Below, piece by piece: positions 29,330 to 40,089 of a DNA stretch of 64,000 nt (its first letter is position 1; each line of letters begins with the position of its first letter). A program made the translations under genes and the position numbers. The DNA is from an uncultured bacterium (GTDB taxonomy: Bacteria > Electryoneota > Electryoneia > Electryoneales > Electryoneaceae), in the NCBI GenBank assembly GCA_964552465.1, contig CAZKGR010000019.1:1619-65618 (forward strand). The letters run 5' to 3'. The notes below the pieces were generated by a model, which worked only from the letters and a program-made list of their open reading frames with translations, was not told where the DNA came from and ran no database searches.

Positions 29330-31159
29330 TCAAGGTTCCCAATACGGGCTGTCGTAAATGTCTCGCAGATCGTAGTTGTTGCCATATTCGATTGGCGGAC
29401 AGAAGCGTACCAGTTCAGCAACAGCTTCCCACTGGTGATTGTCTTGTCCTTGAGACACGAAGTAGACTTGATTGAAATCGGTGTGGAACATGTAGTAGCA
29501 ACGGAACATGATTGCTTCCACCACAAACCACATCCACTGTAAGTCATGGTCTGAACGAACTATCGTGCAGTGTTCGAATTTATTGTTTGCCGTCTGCAAG
29601 TATTCTTCCTCGCCATATGGGGCAAACAAACCCGGCTCAAGCAGGAAGTCAGGTGAATGCAACATGACCGGATACCGATATGGATCGCTGATCGTACAGG
29701 AACGCACAGTCATGGTGTCCGTAGCGCTGATGCCGATGGCGGACGGTCGAATCCGGTGCATGGACGTATCAATCGGTTGATTATTGTTCTGAACGGTTAC
29801 GTATTCCAGCAAAATCGGACCAGGGCTGCGTTCCACGTAGAAACCACGGTAGTAGTTATTTTCGAGAACGCTACTGCGCAGGGTTAAATCGCGGCCGTCA
29901 AGATCAAACCAGATCCCGGCACCGTAGTTATACTCGGCAAGCACATTGCGAACTTCACTGTTTCGACAACGGAACAGCTTCATCCCACCAGTATCATACT
30001 CCATCGTACCAGATTCGTAGCCGCGCAAATTGTTGTGGCGAATGATGTTTCCGTCATGCAACAGGCCCTTGGAATGTGCTATCAACATGCCGTAGAAGCC
30101 GTTGTCGCTCGCCGTACAATTCTTAACCTCCCACCAACCTGGGGAATCGGCCTCATCGATGTAGATGAATTCTGATCCTGGATCGTTGACATTCTCTGGA
30201 CGCATCGGCATGCGGCGGATCGATAATCCATCAGCGTTACTATGATGGAATGTGCAATTCTCGACAATCGCGGTTTCCGAGGTGCTGATGTCGAGCAAAC
30301 CACCCTTGATGTATGGATTGCCGTACGCGAAATCGATGTTGCGAACTTCGACACCGCGTGTGTCGCGAATTGCCAGTAAATACTCCGCATTCGCTGCGTA
30401 AACAGGATGGTCGTTCGGGTCGAGGGTGCTGTTGATGCGGATGACGCCGGTACCTTCCAGCGGAGTATTGAACGTCTGGTCCATGATGTCGACGAATTCC
30501 GGCATCGTCACCTGTGTGAACCGTTTGCCGTTCTGAACGATGTATTCACGACGAATCATCGTGTGACCATCACGCCACTGATTAGTCCCAAGGTTCGGGA
30601 CCCAGTTTTCAATCTGACACCCGATCCAACCGTTGAAGCTGGGGCCGCAGACGTAGTCATCAAGCTCACCGCCAAACCAACCGAAATCATGATCCCAGGA
30701 CGCAGCCCAAACATTCCCGCCGAGGTTAGTCCACGGACCTAACGGCTCGCGTTCGAGGCCGGATATCAACGGACGATATTCTCCGGCCGCTCCAATTCCA
30801 CCCAGCCCTTCAAACACCACATACGGCTTATCCCACCCCTGCCAACGCAAAAGTGAGTCGTCGCTTGTGTGATATGTGCCAGGCAAAATCATGAAGGTTA
30901 CGTGATCGTCGCCGGTTATGTCTTCGTTCATGCGTACTTCCTGGGTAGCTTCAAACAGCCCGGGCATCGAGTTCCCAGGGTCTGAACCACTGAAATCGCC
31001 CGCACCAGACGGACTTACATAGTAGATGTAGTCCACCGCGTACCCGCTGAAAGGAACCAGCAACAGCAACAATAGTATTTTGACAATTCCCTTCATGACG
31101 ACCTCGTGCAGCATGTTTCGCGTTTCCGTAAATTGAGACACGGAAATTGTTATTAACAC
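29330..31159 (-). CDS. Secreted right-handed parallel beta-helix protein, paralog B
   Basis: Collinear with 26689..28491 (for example VEVRNIDFAYGNPYIKGGLLD, VENCTFHHSNADGLSI, NCTASDNGFYGMLIAH, RHNNLRGYESG, ENNYYRGFYVE). Signal peptide present. Confidence 0.75.
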   Translation of the reverse strand: MLITISVSQFTETRNMLHEVVMKGIVKILLLLLLVPFSGYAVDYIYYVSPSGAGDFSGSDPGNSMPGLFEATQEVRMNEDITGDDHVTFMILPGTYHTSDDSLLRWQGWDKPYVVFEGLGGIGAAGEYRPLISGLEREPLGPWTNLGGNVWAASWDHDFGWFGGELDDYVCGPSFNGWIGCQIENWVPNLGTNQWRDGHTMIRREYIVQNGKRFTQVTMPEFVDIMDQTFNTPLEGTGVIRINSTLDPNDHPVYAANAEYLLAIRDTRGVEVRNIDFAYGNPYIKGGLLDISTSETAIVENCTFHHSNADGLSIRRMPMRPENVNDPGSEFIYIDEADSPGWWEVKNCTASDNGFYGMLIAHSKGLLHDGNIIRHNNLRGYESGTMEYDTGGMKLFRCRNSEVRNVLAEYNYGAGIWFDLDGRDLTLRSSVLENNYYRGFYVERSPGPILLEYVTVQNNNQPIDTSMHRIRPSAIGISATDTMTVRSCTISDPYRYPVMLHSPDFLLEPGLFAPYGEEEYLQTANNKFEHCTIVRSDHDLQWMWFVVEAIMFRCYYMFHTDFNQVYFVSQGQDNHQWEAVAELVRFCPPIEYGNNYDLRDIYDSPYWEP

Positions 31160-31341
31160 GAATTCTTACTTTCGTTGGTAGAAGTATCTGAATAATATTT
31201 CCCGAAAGCAATAGCTCTCGGAGAATATTATAACGAAAGTAAAACTGTTATAAGTTTTGTGAAACTACAGAGTATGACAGGGGATGCTACATAAATACGG
31301 AGAAAAGAGCGGAAAAAAGAACTCCAAACTGAGTGGTGCAC

Positions 31342-32142
31342 TCACAATTTTGCTAACAACTCTCGCGCCTTTTGCTGTGCAGCTTCGTCGTGTTCGTCCC
31401 GCAAGGGTAAAGCGAGGGCTGCTTCAAGCTCTTTCCGACCGGTAATCGGATCGTCTTTTTCCAGGATCAGGTGCTCGCCATATTCGACATGAGCCTGAAT
31501 CATCTTTCCGTTTGCTTCGTCTAACGCCGCTTCAAAGTAGAATGCAATGGAGTCGTCCGCGGCGAATGTGAGGCCGGCGATTACTCGAGCGAGGCCCGAT
31601 TTGGCCATCAGAGTGCGGTGTGTGCGGCCGAGGATGTAGAAAGCGACTGGCATCGAATCGGCTTCGACAGCGGCAAGGTGAGCGTGGCGGTAAGTGTCCT
31701 TGACCAGGCCGGCAGCAGAGAACGGGCCCTTCTGTAGAGCTATCCGACCGCTGGCGGTTGCGATACGGATGTGACCTTCTGGATTCTGCGGCTCAAGTTC
31801 GAGCACCGTTTCGGCTTCGTCAACGGCGAGCTCATAATAAGGAAGAGCCAGTTTCTGATCTTCCATACGTTCGCCGATGTTGATTCTCGCACGCGAAAGA
31901 CGCCAGAGCACGTCAGGCTGCGTAGTGTCGGCATGGAGTTCGAGCACACGGATCGCGTCGACATAACGCCATCCTTCATCAAGAGCATCAGCAGTAGCGA
32001 ATGGGTCAGAGGCGCCCAGTGAATCAATCAATGCCGCCGCATCGGTATCGCTCATCCGTGTTTTTGCATCAACCATGGCAGTGCCAGCTGTGAAGAAGCC
32101 GACCACAATCAACAACAAGACTATTCGCGCACTCGTATTCAT
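31342..32142 (-). CDS. Hypothetical secreted helical (TPR-like) protein
   Basis: Signal peptide then an Ala/Leu/Glu-rich helical repeat composition. No catalytic motif. Confidence 0.5.
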   Translation of the reverse strand: MNTSARIVLLLIVVGFFTAGTAMVDAKTRMSDTDAAALIDSLGASDPFATADALDEGWRYVDAIRVLELHADTTQPDVLWRLSRARINIGERMEDQKLALPYYELAVDEAETVLELEPQNPEGHIRIATASGRIALQKGPFSAAGLVKDTYRHAHLAAVEADSMPVAFYILGRTHRTLMAKSGLARVIAGLTFAADDSIAFYFEAALDEANGKMIQAHVEYGEHLILEKDDPITGRKELEAALALPLRDEHDEAAQQKARELLAKL

Positions 32143-32145
32143 CGT

Positions 32146-33882
32146 TTACACCTTTCCGCCGTTTACATCCGCAGTATCACCAGCATAAAGGAAACGCTTG
32201 ATCTTCTTCGTTGATGTCTTCTGGAATTCTTCGTCAACGATGCGGAACGTGCGGATTCGCTTGTAGTCTGCAAGTTCCTTCTGAAACTTCTGAATCTCGG
32301 ATTTGATCAGGTTGTGCACGTCATCCGGTTCAGCTTTGACACCTTTTTCTTCGAAGTGCACGTCTATCTGTTCAAAATCCGGGAAAATGAGCGCCATGAT
32401 ATCTTCGCCCATTCCCTTTTCACGTGGTACACCCAGGACCAGCGACTCACTGATGAACTCGCTGTGGTTGATGTGATGCTCGATCTCTTCGGGGTACACG
32501 TTTTTGCCGCCACCGGTGACGAGCATGTTCTTCTTTCGTCCGGTGATTTGCAGGTAACCGTCTTTGTCGATGACACCGAGGTCGCCAGTCAGGAACCAGC
32601 CATCGTCGGTGAATGTTTCAGCGGTTGCCTTCTCGTTCTTGAAGTAGCCTTTGAAAACATTCGGTCCTTTGAGGCAAACTTCGCCTACTCCGGCAGCGTT
32701 CGTGTCGAGGAGCTTGCATTCCACGCCGGGTACAGTCGGACCGACACAATGGTGCTTCACTTTCCACGGGAGATTGGCGTGAGATACGGGTGATGTTTCA
32801 GTGAGGCCGTATCCCTGGAACAGGCGCAAGCCGAGAGAGTTGAAGAAGATTGCAACAGCCGGATCCAACGGGCCGCCGCCACTGACGAAGAGACGAATCT
32901 TGTCCAGGCCTGCTTTTTCACGAAGGCCGCGAAATAGAGGATTGGCCAGGTTCAGCCCAACGGCGCGACCGGTTTTTACGATTCCTATCAAAGTGTTGAC
33001 CAGCTTGTCTTTTCCCGCTTGCTTCATCTTGCGTTGCATGCCGATCATCATCTTTTCGAACAATAACGGCACGCCGACCATGAAGGTGACGCCAGTGTTT
33101 TTGATATCCTCAACGATCTCGTTGCTTTTCAGGCTGCGCGCATATGTGATGCTTGCGCCGCTGTAAACAGGCAACAGAAATCCGGCCGTCGCCTCAAAAC
33201 TGTGATGTACTGGCAACACGCTGAGGAAGGTGTCTTCTGGACCGATACCGAACAGTGTATAGACAGTGGCAACATTGCTCATGATGTTGCGGTGTGTCAG
33301 CATTACGCCTTTGCTATGGCCGGTCGTACCAGAGGTATATAGAATGGAGGCGACATCATCCATTTCACGACCCGGTAGCGCAACATCACTAGTCTTGCCA
33401 TCAGTTATCACCTCACTCAGCTCAAGGGTCGCTGGTGGGGTCAAGGCGTCAAAGGACACAATCTTGTCAAGGGTGCGGATCGGTTCCATTTCTTCAATCA
33501 TCTCGAGGAACTTGTTGTCCACAAACAGGATTCTGGCTTCAGAATCAGAGATGATGTGTCGGACACCCGAAGATGGCATCAGGCTGTCAACAGGCACACA
33601 TACAGCGCCAGCCGACTGGATGCCAAGATAGCATGTCGCCCAGTCCGGGCTGTTCGAACCGAGCACTGCGACGCGATCACCAATTTCAACGCCTTGGCCA
33701 ATTAACCAGCGCGCCACAGCTTCCACACGAATATGTAACTCTGTGTAGTTGATTTCGCTGTATCCGCTTCCATCCCAGATGCGCATGACCGGCATATCGC
33801 CAAAATCCTCTGCGCTTTTCTTTGCCAGATCGCTGAGTGGAAAGACACCTCTGTCTTCACGAATCTGCTTGAACCCGCTCAT
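32146..33882 (-). CDS. Long-chain fatty-acid--CoA ligase (AMP-dependent synthetase/ligase family)
   Basis: AMP-binding box ILYTSGTTGHSKGVMLTHRNI. GYGLTETSP motif. C-terminal GWFLTGDLG...TGRKKN. Confidence 0.9.
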   Translation of the reverse strand: MSGFKQIREDRGVFPLSDLAKKSAEDFGDMPVMRIWDGSGYSEINYTELHIRVEAVARWLIGQGVEIGDRVAVLGSNSPDWATCYLGIQSAGAVCVPVDSLMPSSGVRHIISDSEARILFVDNKFLEMIEEMEPIRTLDKIVSFDALTPPATLELSEVITDGKTSDVALPGREMDDVASILYTSGTTGHSKGVMLTHRNIMSNVATVYTLFGIGPEDTFLSVLPVHHSFEATAGFLLPVYSGASITYARSLKSNEIVEDIKNTGVTFMVGVPLLFEKMMIGMQRKMKQAGKDKLVNTLIGIVKTGRAVGLNLANPLFRGLREKAGLDKIRLFVSGGGPLDPAVAIFFNSLGLRLFQGYGLTETSPVSHANLPWKVKHHCVGPTVPGVECKLLDTNAAGVGEVCLKGPNVFKGYFKNEKATAETFTDDGWFLTGDLGVIDKDGYLQITGRKKNMLVTGGGKNVYPEEIEHHINHSEFISESLVLGVPREKGMGEDIMALIFPDFEQIDVHFEEKGVKAEPDDVHNLIKSEIQKFQKELADYKRIRTFRIVDEEFQKTSTKKIKRFLYAGDTADVNGGKV

Positions 33883-34087
33883 GTCTCACGCCCTCGGCAC
33901 CCGAGATCGGTCTCGGTTGCGCCCTTTATGGTGATCTCTGATCTTTGAATACTGGTTGGAATCATTGAAGTTGGTCCCCCGAACCCCCGTTCGCAACTCA
34001 TGGAGTAAACACCAAAACCGAACCCGGAGTCAACGGTTTTCAGTTAATTGTTTTTTTTTATGAGGCTCTTAACCCGGAGAGTCCTGA

Positions 34088-35284
34088 GTGGGACACAAAG
34101 ACAGCGTATACACGCCCACATTTTATCTTAGCCTTCTGTTCAATTTTCTGGTCGGGATGAACTTCACCAACAGCGCTGTATTGCCCTTGTATGTCAACGA
34201 ATTGGGCGGATCGGCAGCTACAGTTGGTTTGTTCATGGGTACCGCTGCCGTGGCAGCTGTTGTCGTGCGCCCTCTGGTAGGAACAGTACTGGACCGCTTC
34301 GGCACAAAACCCGTATTAGTCACCGGCGCCTTGCTGATTTCACTGCCTCCCCTTGGATACTGGGCGCTACTGGACGCTGGCGAGTTGACAACATGGGTGT
34401 ATGTGTTGCGCGTGTTTCATGGCTTCGGATTTGGAGCACATTTCTCTGCATTCTTTTCGCTGGCAGCCTCAATGTCACCACCAGGCCGTAGAAATGAATC
34501 CATCGCCATGTATGGAATCTCCGGGCTCGCAGCCCAACTGATCGGACCTCACCTCGGCGAAACTATTCTCGGATCACACGGCCTGCCGGGCTTTTTCCTG
34601 TTTATCACCGTGTTCGGTATGCTGGGTGTGCTGACCGCTTTGTTCATTCATCCTCCGAAACCAGAAGTGAATGGTACCGATTCACCATCTATTCTGACGA
34701 GCACGTTGAAGCTGTTGTCCTGTCGACCAATGCTGCTGCCATTCACCCTGGCACTACTCTTGAGCGTATGCTTTTCATCAGCACAATTCTTCCTGGGTCC
34801 GCTGGCTCGCGATCGAGGTATCGAAGACTTTGGGCTCTTTTTCAGCGGCTATGCAGTGGCTGGAATCACTGTTCGCCTGATTAGCCGCAAGTGGGGAGAT
34901 CGGTTCGGTGTGCGACGGGTGATGATTCCTGCTTTTCTCTTCTACGCGGCAGGAATGGCCACCATCGTCTTCAGCCAATCCACGGCGATGGTTATCCTCG
35001 GCGGAGTTTTCAGCGGAATGGCGCACGGCATCGTCTTCCCTGCGGTAAACAGTTTGGGTTACAATGCTGCTCCAAGCGAATATGCGGGTAGTGCGGTGGC
35101 ATTAATGACTGGGATGTTTGACTTGGGTAGCATACTGACAGCCTTTCTCTTCGGCGCGATCGCAGAACAAACGAACTACGGTTCGGTGTTTCTGCTGGCG
35201 GCTGTAGCGGGAATCATGGCCGCGGCGCTTGCTGTTGCATCAATCATTCGACGACCAGAACTGATCCAAACACACCACTCCTGA
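34088..35284 (+). CDS. MFS transporter (12 TM)
   Basis: Repeated hydrophobic helices. MFS loop motif VRPLVGTVLDRFGTKP (G-x3-D-R/K-x-G-R/K). Confidence 0.85.
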   Translation: MGHKDSVYTPTFYLSLLFNFLVGMNFTNSAVLPLYVNELGGSAATVGLFMGTAAVAAVVVRPLVGTVLDRFGTKPVLVTGALLISLPPLGYWALLDAGELTTWVYVLRVFHGFGFGAHFSAFFSLAASMSPPGRRNESIAMYGISGLAAQLIGPHLGETILGSHGLPGFFLFITVFGMLGVLTALFIHPPKPEVNGTDSPSILTSTLKLLSCRPMLLPFTLALLLSVCFSSAQFFLGPLARDRGIEDFGLFFSGYAVAGITVRLISRKWGDRFGVRRVMIPAFLFYAAGMATIVFSQSTAMVILGGVFSGMAHGIVFPAVNSLGYNAAPSEYAGSAVALMTGMFDLGSILTAFLFGAIAEQTNYGSVFLLAAVAGIMAAALAVASIIRRPELIQTHHS

Positions 35285-35396
35285 CCAAGATCAGAAAAAG
35301 AGAGCTCTCTTTATACGAGATTTGGGGTTTTACTCGTCAGTATTCCTCCTTTACCTTGCCGGCGAAAAGTAATTTGATTGCCACTCGGGAGAGATT

Positions 35397-36134
35397 GTGA
35401 GCGAAAAAGAAGTCGAGCCAGTTGAGATGAGCAAACCTGTAGTTGAAGGAAAAGTTCTCGTCGTTGAAGAGAGTGTTCTGCTCTGTGAGATGATGCGCGG
35501 GTTGCTCGTCGCAGCCGGATATGACGTGGATGCCGTACACGATGCCCAGGAGGCAATCGACAATATCGCCACGTTGAAACCCGACCTCATATTTGTCGAC
35601 ACGCGAATCCCGAAGGTCGATGCGATTATGGCGGCCAAGGTGATGCGGGCAATGTTATCTGACGCTGCCTTGCAGATCATATTCCTCGTGCGACAGAGTG
35701 ATTTGCTTGATTTCCGCGATCTGTTTGACGAGGGTATTGATGATTACGTTCTGATGCCGTTTGGACACGATGAATTGGTGGCGCGTGTGAAGCGCAAATT
35801 CGAAATACGTTCTGGACTGCGCAAGGAAAAAAACCAGGTGCGGCTGGACACAATGTCGCAGGTGATGATTACCATCGCACATCACATTAACAACGCGATC
35901 ACTTCTCTCGGCGCTCGGGCGCATATTACCAAGAAGGACGACCCTGAAGATGTTCAGGTTCTGGTGGATTTAACACGAAAGCAGACGAAGAGAATTGCTG
36001 GTGTAGTAGACAGCCTGGTGGAAATGGCACGCAACCGCGAGTTGGATTCAACTCAGTATATCGAAGGCGGGTCACAGATGTTTGATATTGCCCGCCGCCT
36101 TGAGGACAAGATTGGCGAGCCAGTGAAACCCTGA
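35397..36134 (+). CDS. Receiver domain + HisKA(DHp)-like domain protein without an ATPase domain
   Basis: Receiver KVLVVEES...DLIFVDTRIP...VLMPF (non-canonical EES acid pocket). H-box-like MITIAHHINNAITSL. No HATPase_c motifs. The ORF ends at 245 aa. Confidence 0.7.
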   Translation: MSEKEVEPVEMSKPVVEGKVLVVEESVLLCEMMRGLLVAAGYDVDAVHDAQEAIDNIATLKPDLIFVDTRIPKVDAIMAAKVMRAMLSDAALQIIFLVRQSDLLDFRDLFDEGIDDYVLMPFGHDELVARVKRKFEIRSGLRKEKNQVRLDTMSQVMITIAHHINNAITSLGARAHITKKDDPEDVQVLVDLTRKQTKRIAGVVDSLVEMARNRELDSTQYIEGGSQMFDIARRLEDKIGEPVKP

Positions 36135-36170
36135 ACTGGCAAGCTGTATTACGAACGAAGTTGCTCTTTC

Positions 36171-36203
36171 CGCCCGCATTGGCTTTGCCAGCGCGGGTTT
36201 TCA
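36171..36203. terminator. Probable bidirectional terminator between convergent genes
   Basis: cgcccgcattggc/gccagcgcggg imperfect hairpin followed by TTTTCATT. Confidence 0.45.
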
Positions 36204-36224
36204 TTGGGTCCATCTGGTGCTATG

Positions 36225-37406
36225 CTACGCGTCGAGTTCGATGGACATGTGATTCTCGCCGGAAAAGTCAATCATCTTCGGTTTGATTGCATTACCAATA
36301 GAATTGTGAGTGAGAATGATTGTGGGTTTGCTCTGATCTTCCAGGTTTGATTTTGTGACAACACCCTTGTATCCAACATAGCTTTTGCTGGCATTGTCCT
36401 TGATGCTAACCGTGGCTCCAACCGGATACCATTGGACGACTTTTACAAGCGCCGCGAGTACTGTAGGATTCCACTTCCCCGCTTCCCCGTTTACGAGCTT
36501 GGTAATTGCCTGATCAGCTGGATAAACGAAGCCATCATGAGCACCGCTGACCAGATTATCATAGACATTTGCAACACTGAGAATTTCAGCATGTCGGTGA
36601 ATGTAACCAGAGTCTTTTCCACGATCTTTAGTCGGCGCTTTTCCGAAACTCTTTAGTCCTTGAGGATAACCACTTCCGTCGTATTGTTCGTGATGTTGCA
36701 ACACAACAGCCTGTTCGACAAACGCCTCCGGCTCGCTGGACTCGAGAATGATCTTGGTGTAAATGGGATGTTCGCGGAGGATCATTTTTTCGTCCGCCGT
36801 CATCAGTTCAGCCGGTTTGTCGCGTAATTCCTTGAACGCCATTTTGCCGATATCGTGGACAAGAGCAGCAGCTCCGAGTTGTTTCATCTCCGCGTAATTA
36901 TAACGGAATTGCCGACTGATCAGGATGGACAACACGGTCGTATCGACAGCGTGCTCGTAATCTCTACCATCTTCTGACCGCATCTGCAATCCGCTGAACA
37001 TCTTCGTCTGCCGTTCAACAACATCTTCAAGAACCTGCCCGACAACTTTCCGCACAGCAGGCATGTTCACGATCTTCTTCAGTTTGCGGTTTTCTTCAAG
37101 ACGCTTCTTGATATTATCCGAGGCGAATGCTTCAAAAGCGAGGTTATTCTCAACGTTCTTGAATGTTTCAGCCATCTTTTCATTGGCGATCTGGCGGACG
37201 GTAGAGCTGATTACTTCTTCAGGGTTGACATCCTTGGTGAGATCGTTCATGATGTAGACAAAGCGAATGCCTTTGCTGTTCATCATCGCGATCATATCTT
37301 CGGTGAGTTCATAGCCAGAGGAGAGAAGCAGCTCTGAATTTTTGTTAAACAGAGACTTGCCTAGAATATCACCCGGCTTGACCTTGTCAATCTTGACAAT
37401 CTGCAT
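36225..37406 (-). CDS. HD-GYP domain c-di-GMP phosphodiesterase (with N-terminal DUF3391-like and C-terminal extension)
   Basis: HD motif AALVHDIGK. GYP motif HHEQYDGSGYPQGL. Confidence 0.85.
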   Translation of the reverse strand: MQIVKIDKVKPGDILGKSLFNKNSELLLSSGYELTEDMIAMMNSKGIRFVYIMNDLTKDVNPEEVISSTVRQIANEKMAETFKNVENNLAFEAFASDNIKKRLEENRKLKKIVNMPAVRKVVGQVLEDVVERQTKMFSGLQMRSEDGRDYEHAVDTTVLSILISRQFRYNYAEMKQLGAAALVHDIGKMAFKELRDKPAELMTADEKMILREHPIYTKIILESSEPEAFVEQAVVLQHHEQYDGSGYPQGLKSFGKAPTKDRGKDSGYIHRHAEILSVANVYDNLVSGAHDGFVYPADQAITKLVNGEAGKWNPTVLAALVKVVQWYPVGATVSIKDNASKSYVGYKGVVTKSNLEDQSKPTIILTHNSIGNAIKPKMIDFSGENHMSIELDA

Positions 37407-37957
37407 GGAGACCGTTGTTTCTGGTAGTTTTTATGGGCTCCAGCAAGGTCGCGGATTTTCAATTCAGATGCAAACCGAAAGTTCAACATCAAAGAGAGCG
37501 AGGAAAGGAGTTGCTGCTATTTCATTTTGGAATTGTCCAATTCGCCTGTTCTATTAATAACCAAGAGGTAACGTTCATCTTTAGTGCCAGCTCAGATCAA
37601 ATGAAGGATTGCCAACATCCATCCCATCAACAAATTGCCGATCGAAGGTGCCTGAACAAGAGAGGTGTTGAGCGTCCGTGTGGCCACACAACTGTAACCG
37701 GAGGTATTCTGTTTCAGTCCCAGAGATGGCGGGAGGGATTTTGGACGACGCCAGTTATTTGCTGAGTCGAAAGGCGAACACGCGCTTCAGCATTCCCTGA
37801 CGAGACGAGGCGCGCGACCCTCATCGGGTGTTTCCATATACTACATTAATAGACTGTTAACAGCTCAGCCCTGGTGGGGGGATGACCTCGTGACGGTTCG
37901 ACATGACAACCGGCGGAAAGACTTCCGGCCGGGGGCAAACGAAGGAGGTTTAAGGAC

Positions 37958-40042
37958 ATGGCCTTATTGAAACGGTTGTTTTTACTTTTGGTTATTGCGC
38001 TTCTGTTTTCCAGCAGCGCGCTAGCAGATCCATTTGACACACGGGCGCGTGAAGATTTCACTGCTGGTGATTTTCCGTTGCCGAACGAATTGGACGAGTT
38101 CATTGACTCGATCGCGTATTTCGATCCAATGGGTTCGCTCTGGTACTTTACAGGGCAGGGCGGATTGTATGCTATTGTTCGATATACAGCGCCAGTCGAG
38201 TTTGAACTGCAGGGTCTTGGAATGACCTGTAGAGATGTTGCTGGGGTAACATCGTTTTCCGTGTTCGTTATGGACGACAACAATGGGGCGCCTGGCAATA
38301 CTCTGCAATTCGTATTCGTCGGTACGCCGGGGCTGTACCCGCAGGGAAATAACCTGACATATGTTCTCGCCGAATTCGATGAATGGAACTTCGAGACATT
38401 CGCTGGTGGTGAAGATTTCTGGGTTGCGGTGCAAGTGCCAAATATCGCAAACTGGATGCCCTATTTCGACGAAGAGGCGACCGGTGATCGTAACTGGTAC
38501 GGTAATACACCCTCCAACCCAACGGAACCAATTCCTGGTGACTGGTACATTGCGGCTGGGGGAGAGTTCGCCGGAACCTTTTATGATGTCGAAACACAGT
38601 TCCTCGCTAACGATGTGTACAAGTATCACCTGCTCCAGGGTGAATCCACGTCTTTCCTGACGGAACTGGTCAACAACGGTAACGAGATTTCACCAGCCGG
38701 GACGCTAACCTTCACGGTGGAAGACACCAACGGCGTGGATATCTGGACGTCCAGCGCAGAAGTTCCCGCGTTGAATCCAGGCCAAACCTACCCGGTGTCA
38801 TCTCCCGATACATGGGTTGCACCGACAGAAGAAATGCGCTACATCGCCTGGGCCGACTTCCCACTTCTTGACGATGGGCTGCCAGACAACAACAGCTTCC
38901 CGTTGATGCAGGAGGTGATGGAATATGGTGTCTCGTACCCGACCTATGACGATGGCGAATCTGAGTCAAACGTCGTAGTTAATCAAGGTTCGGGATCGGG
39001 CAACATCTTCTATCCACCGTCGTATCCAGCAGCGCTATCCCAGGCTGTGTTCTTCATGAACGATGACAACACAAACGCGCGTTTGGCAGTGTTTGAATTC
39101 GATGATGCTACCGGCGCAATTACCGAGGTCTGGTCGCGCCTCGGGGCGGATCCGGGTCTGAACATCTACCCAATAGTACCGCCAGTTGAGATTACAAGCG
39201 GTGGTTGGTTTATCGCGGTGATCGGAAATAGCGGAACTGTTACGATACCGCAAGACAACACACCGCCGGTATCAGCGACCAACAACCTGTTGCTGCATCC
39301 GCTGGCGATGCCGTTTGCGTCCGGAACATACTTGGCTCAAGACCCCGGGAACTTGTATATCAACACATCTGGCAACTGGTTGATCCGGGCTATGATTGAC
39401 GGAGAAGTTCCACCAGATCCACCAGCGTTGGTATTCCCTGACGGGATTATCACAATGGAGGGTGCGATTGTTGGTGAACCGCTGTCGATTATCGTTCCCA
39501 TCCCGAACAACGGTATCGGTGTAGGTGAGCTGTCTGAAATCACCAACTTCGTTCCAGACCAGATGTTCATTCCAGATGCGGACAACCTGCCGATTATCAT
39601 CGAGCCGGGCACAACCTACGATATGGAATTTATCTGGACTCCGATCAACACGAACCTGACCAACATCGGTATTCAGGTGACGCATAACGATCCGAATCTG
39701 GACACTAACCCCGTGTTGTTGCCGTTCCAGGGAACAGCAGCAGAGAATGCTGTCGAAGACGGTATCGCGGCAATCCCGGCCGAGTACTTCCTCGACCAGA
39801 ACCGCCCGAATCCGTTCAACCCGGAAACTTCAATCAAGTTTGGTTTGAAGGCTCCAGGCTTGGCGCAACTGCATGTGTTCAACGTGATGGGCCAGGAAGT
39901 TGCAACCGTGCTCAACACTGAGCTGGCTGCTGGCGAACACACCGTCAGCTTTAACGGTTCAGAGCTACCGAGCGGCGTCTACTTCTACAGCCTCGAGGTA
40001 AACGGCTACCAGTCGATCCAGAAGATGGTACTGATGAAGTGA
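37958..40042 (+). CDS. Hypothetical secreted protein with T9SS C-terminal sorting domain (694 aa)
   Basis: Signal peptide. C-terminus NRPNPFNPETSIKFGLKAPGLAQLHVFNVMGQEV...GVYFYSLEVNGYQSIQKMVLMK. Confidence 0.75.
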   Translation: MALLKRLFLLLVIALLFSSSALADPFDTRAREDFTAGDFPLPNELDEFIDSIAYFDPMGSLWYFTGQGGLYAIVRYTAPVEFELQGLGMTCRDVAGVTSFSVFVMDDNNGAPGNTLQFVFVGTPGLYPQGNNLTYVLAEFDEWNFETFAGGEDFWVAVQVPNIANWMPYFDEEATGDRNWYGNTPSNPTEPIPGDWYIAAGGEFAGTFYDVETQFLANDVYKYHLLQGESTSFLTELVNNGNEISPAGTLTFTVEDTNGVDIWTSSAEVPALNPGQTYPVSSPDTWVAPTEEMRYIAWADFPLLDDGLPDNNSFPLMQEVMEYGVSYPTYDDGESESNVVVNQGSGSGNIFYPPSYPAALSQAVFFMNDDNTNARLAVFEFDDATGAITEVWSRLGADPGLNIYPIVPPVEITSGGWFIAVIGNSGTVTIPQDNTPPVSATNNLLLHPLAMPFASGTYLAQDPGNLYINTSGNWLIRAMIDGEVPPDPPALVFPDGIITMEGAIVGEPLSIIVPIPNNGIGVGELSEITNFVPDQMFIPDADNLPIIIEPGTTYDMEFIWTPINTNLTNIGIQVTHNDPNLDTNPVLLPFQGTAAENAVEDGIAAIPAEYFLDQNRPNPFNPETSIKFGLKAPGLAQLHVFNVMGQEVATVLNTELAAGEHTVSFNGSELPSGVYFYSLEVNGYQSIQKMVLMK

Positions 40043-40089
40043 TAAAAGCAGCTTTGAGCAATGAGCTGTGAGCTTTGAGCAAAAACAAC

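Noticed and set aside
38021-38629. 202-aa minus-strand ORF inside the T9SS cargo gene 37958..40042
   Set aside because: Antisense overlap with a gene that has a signal peptide and CTD. No supporting features.
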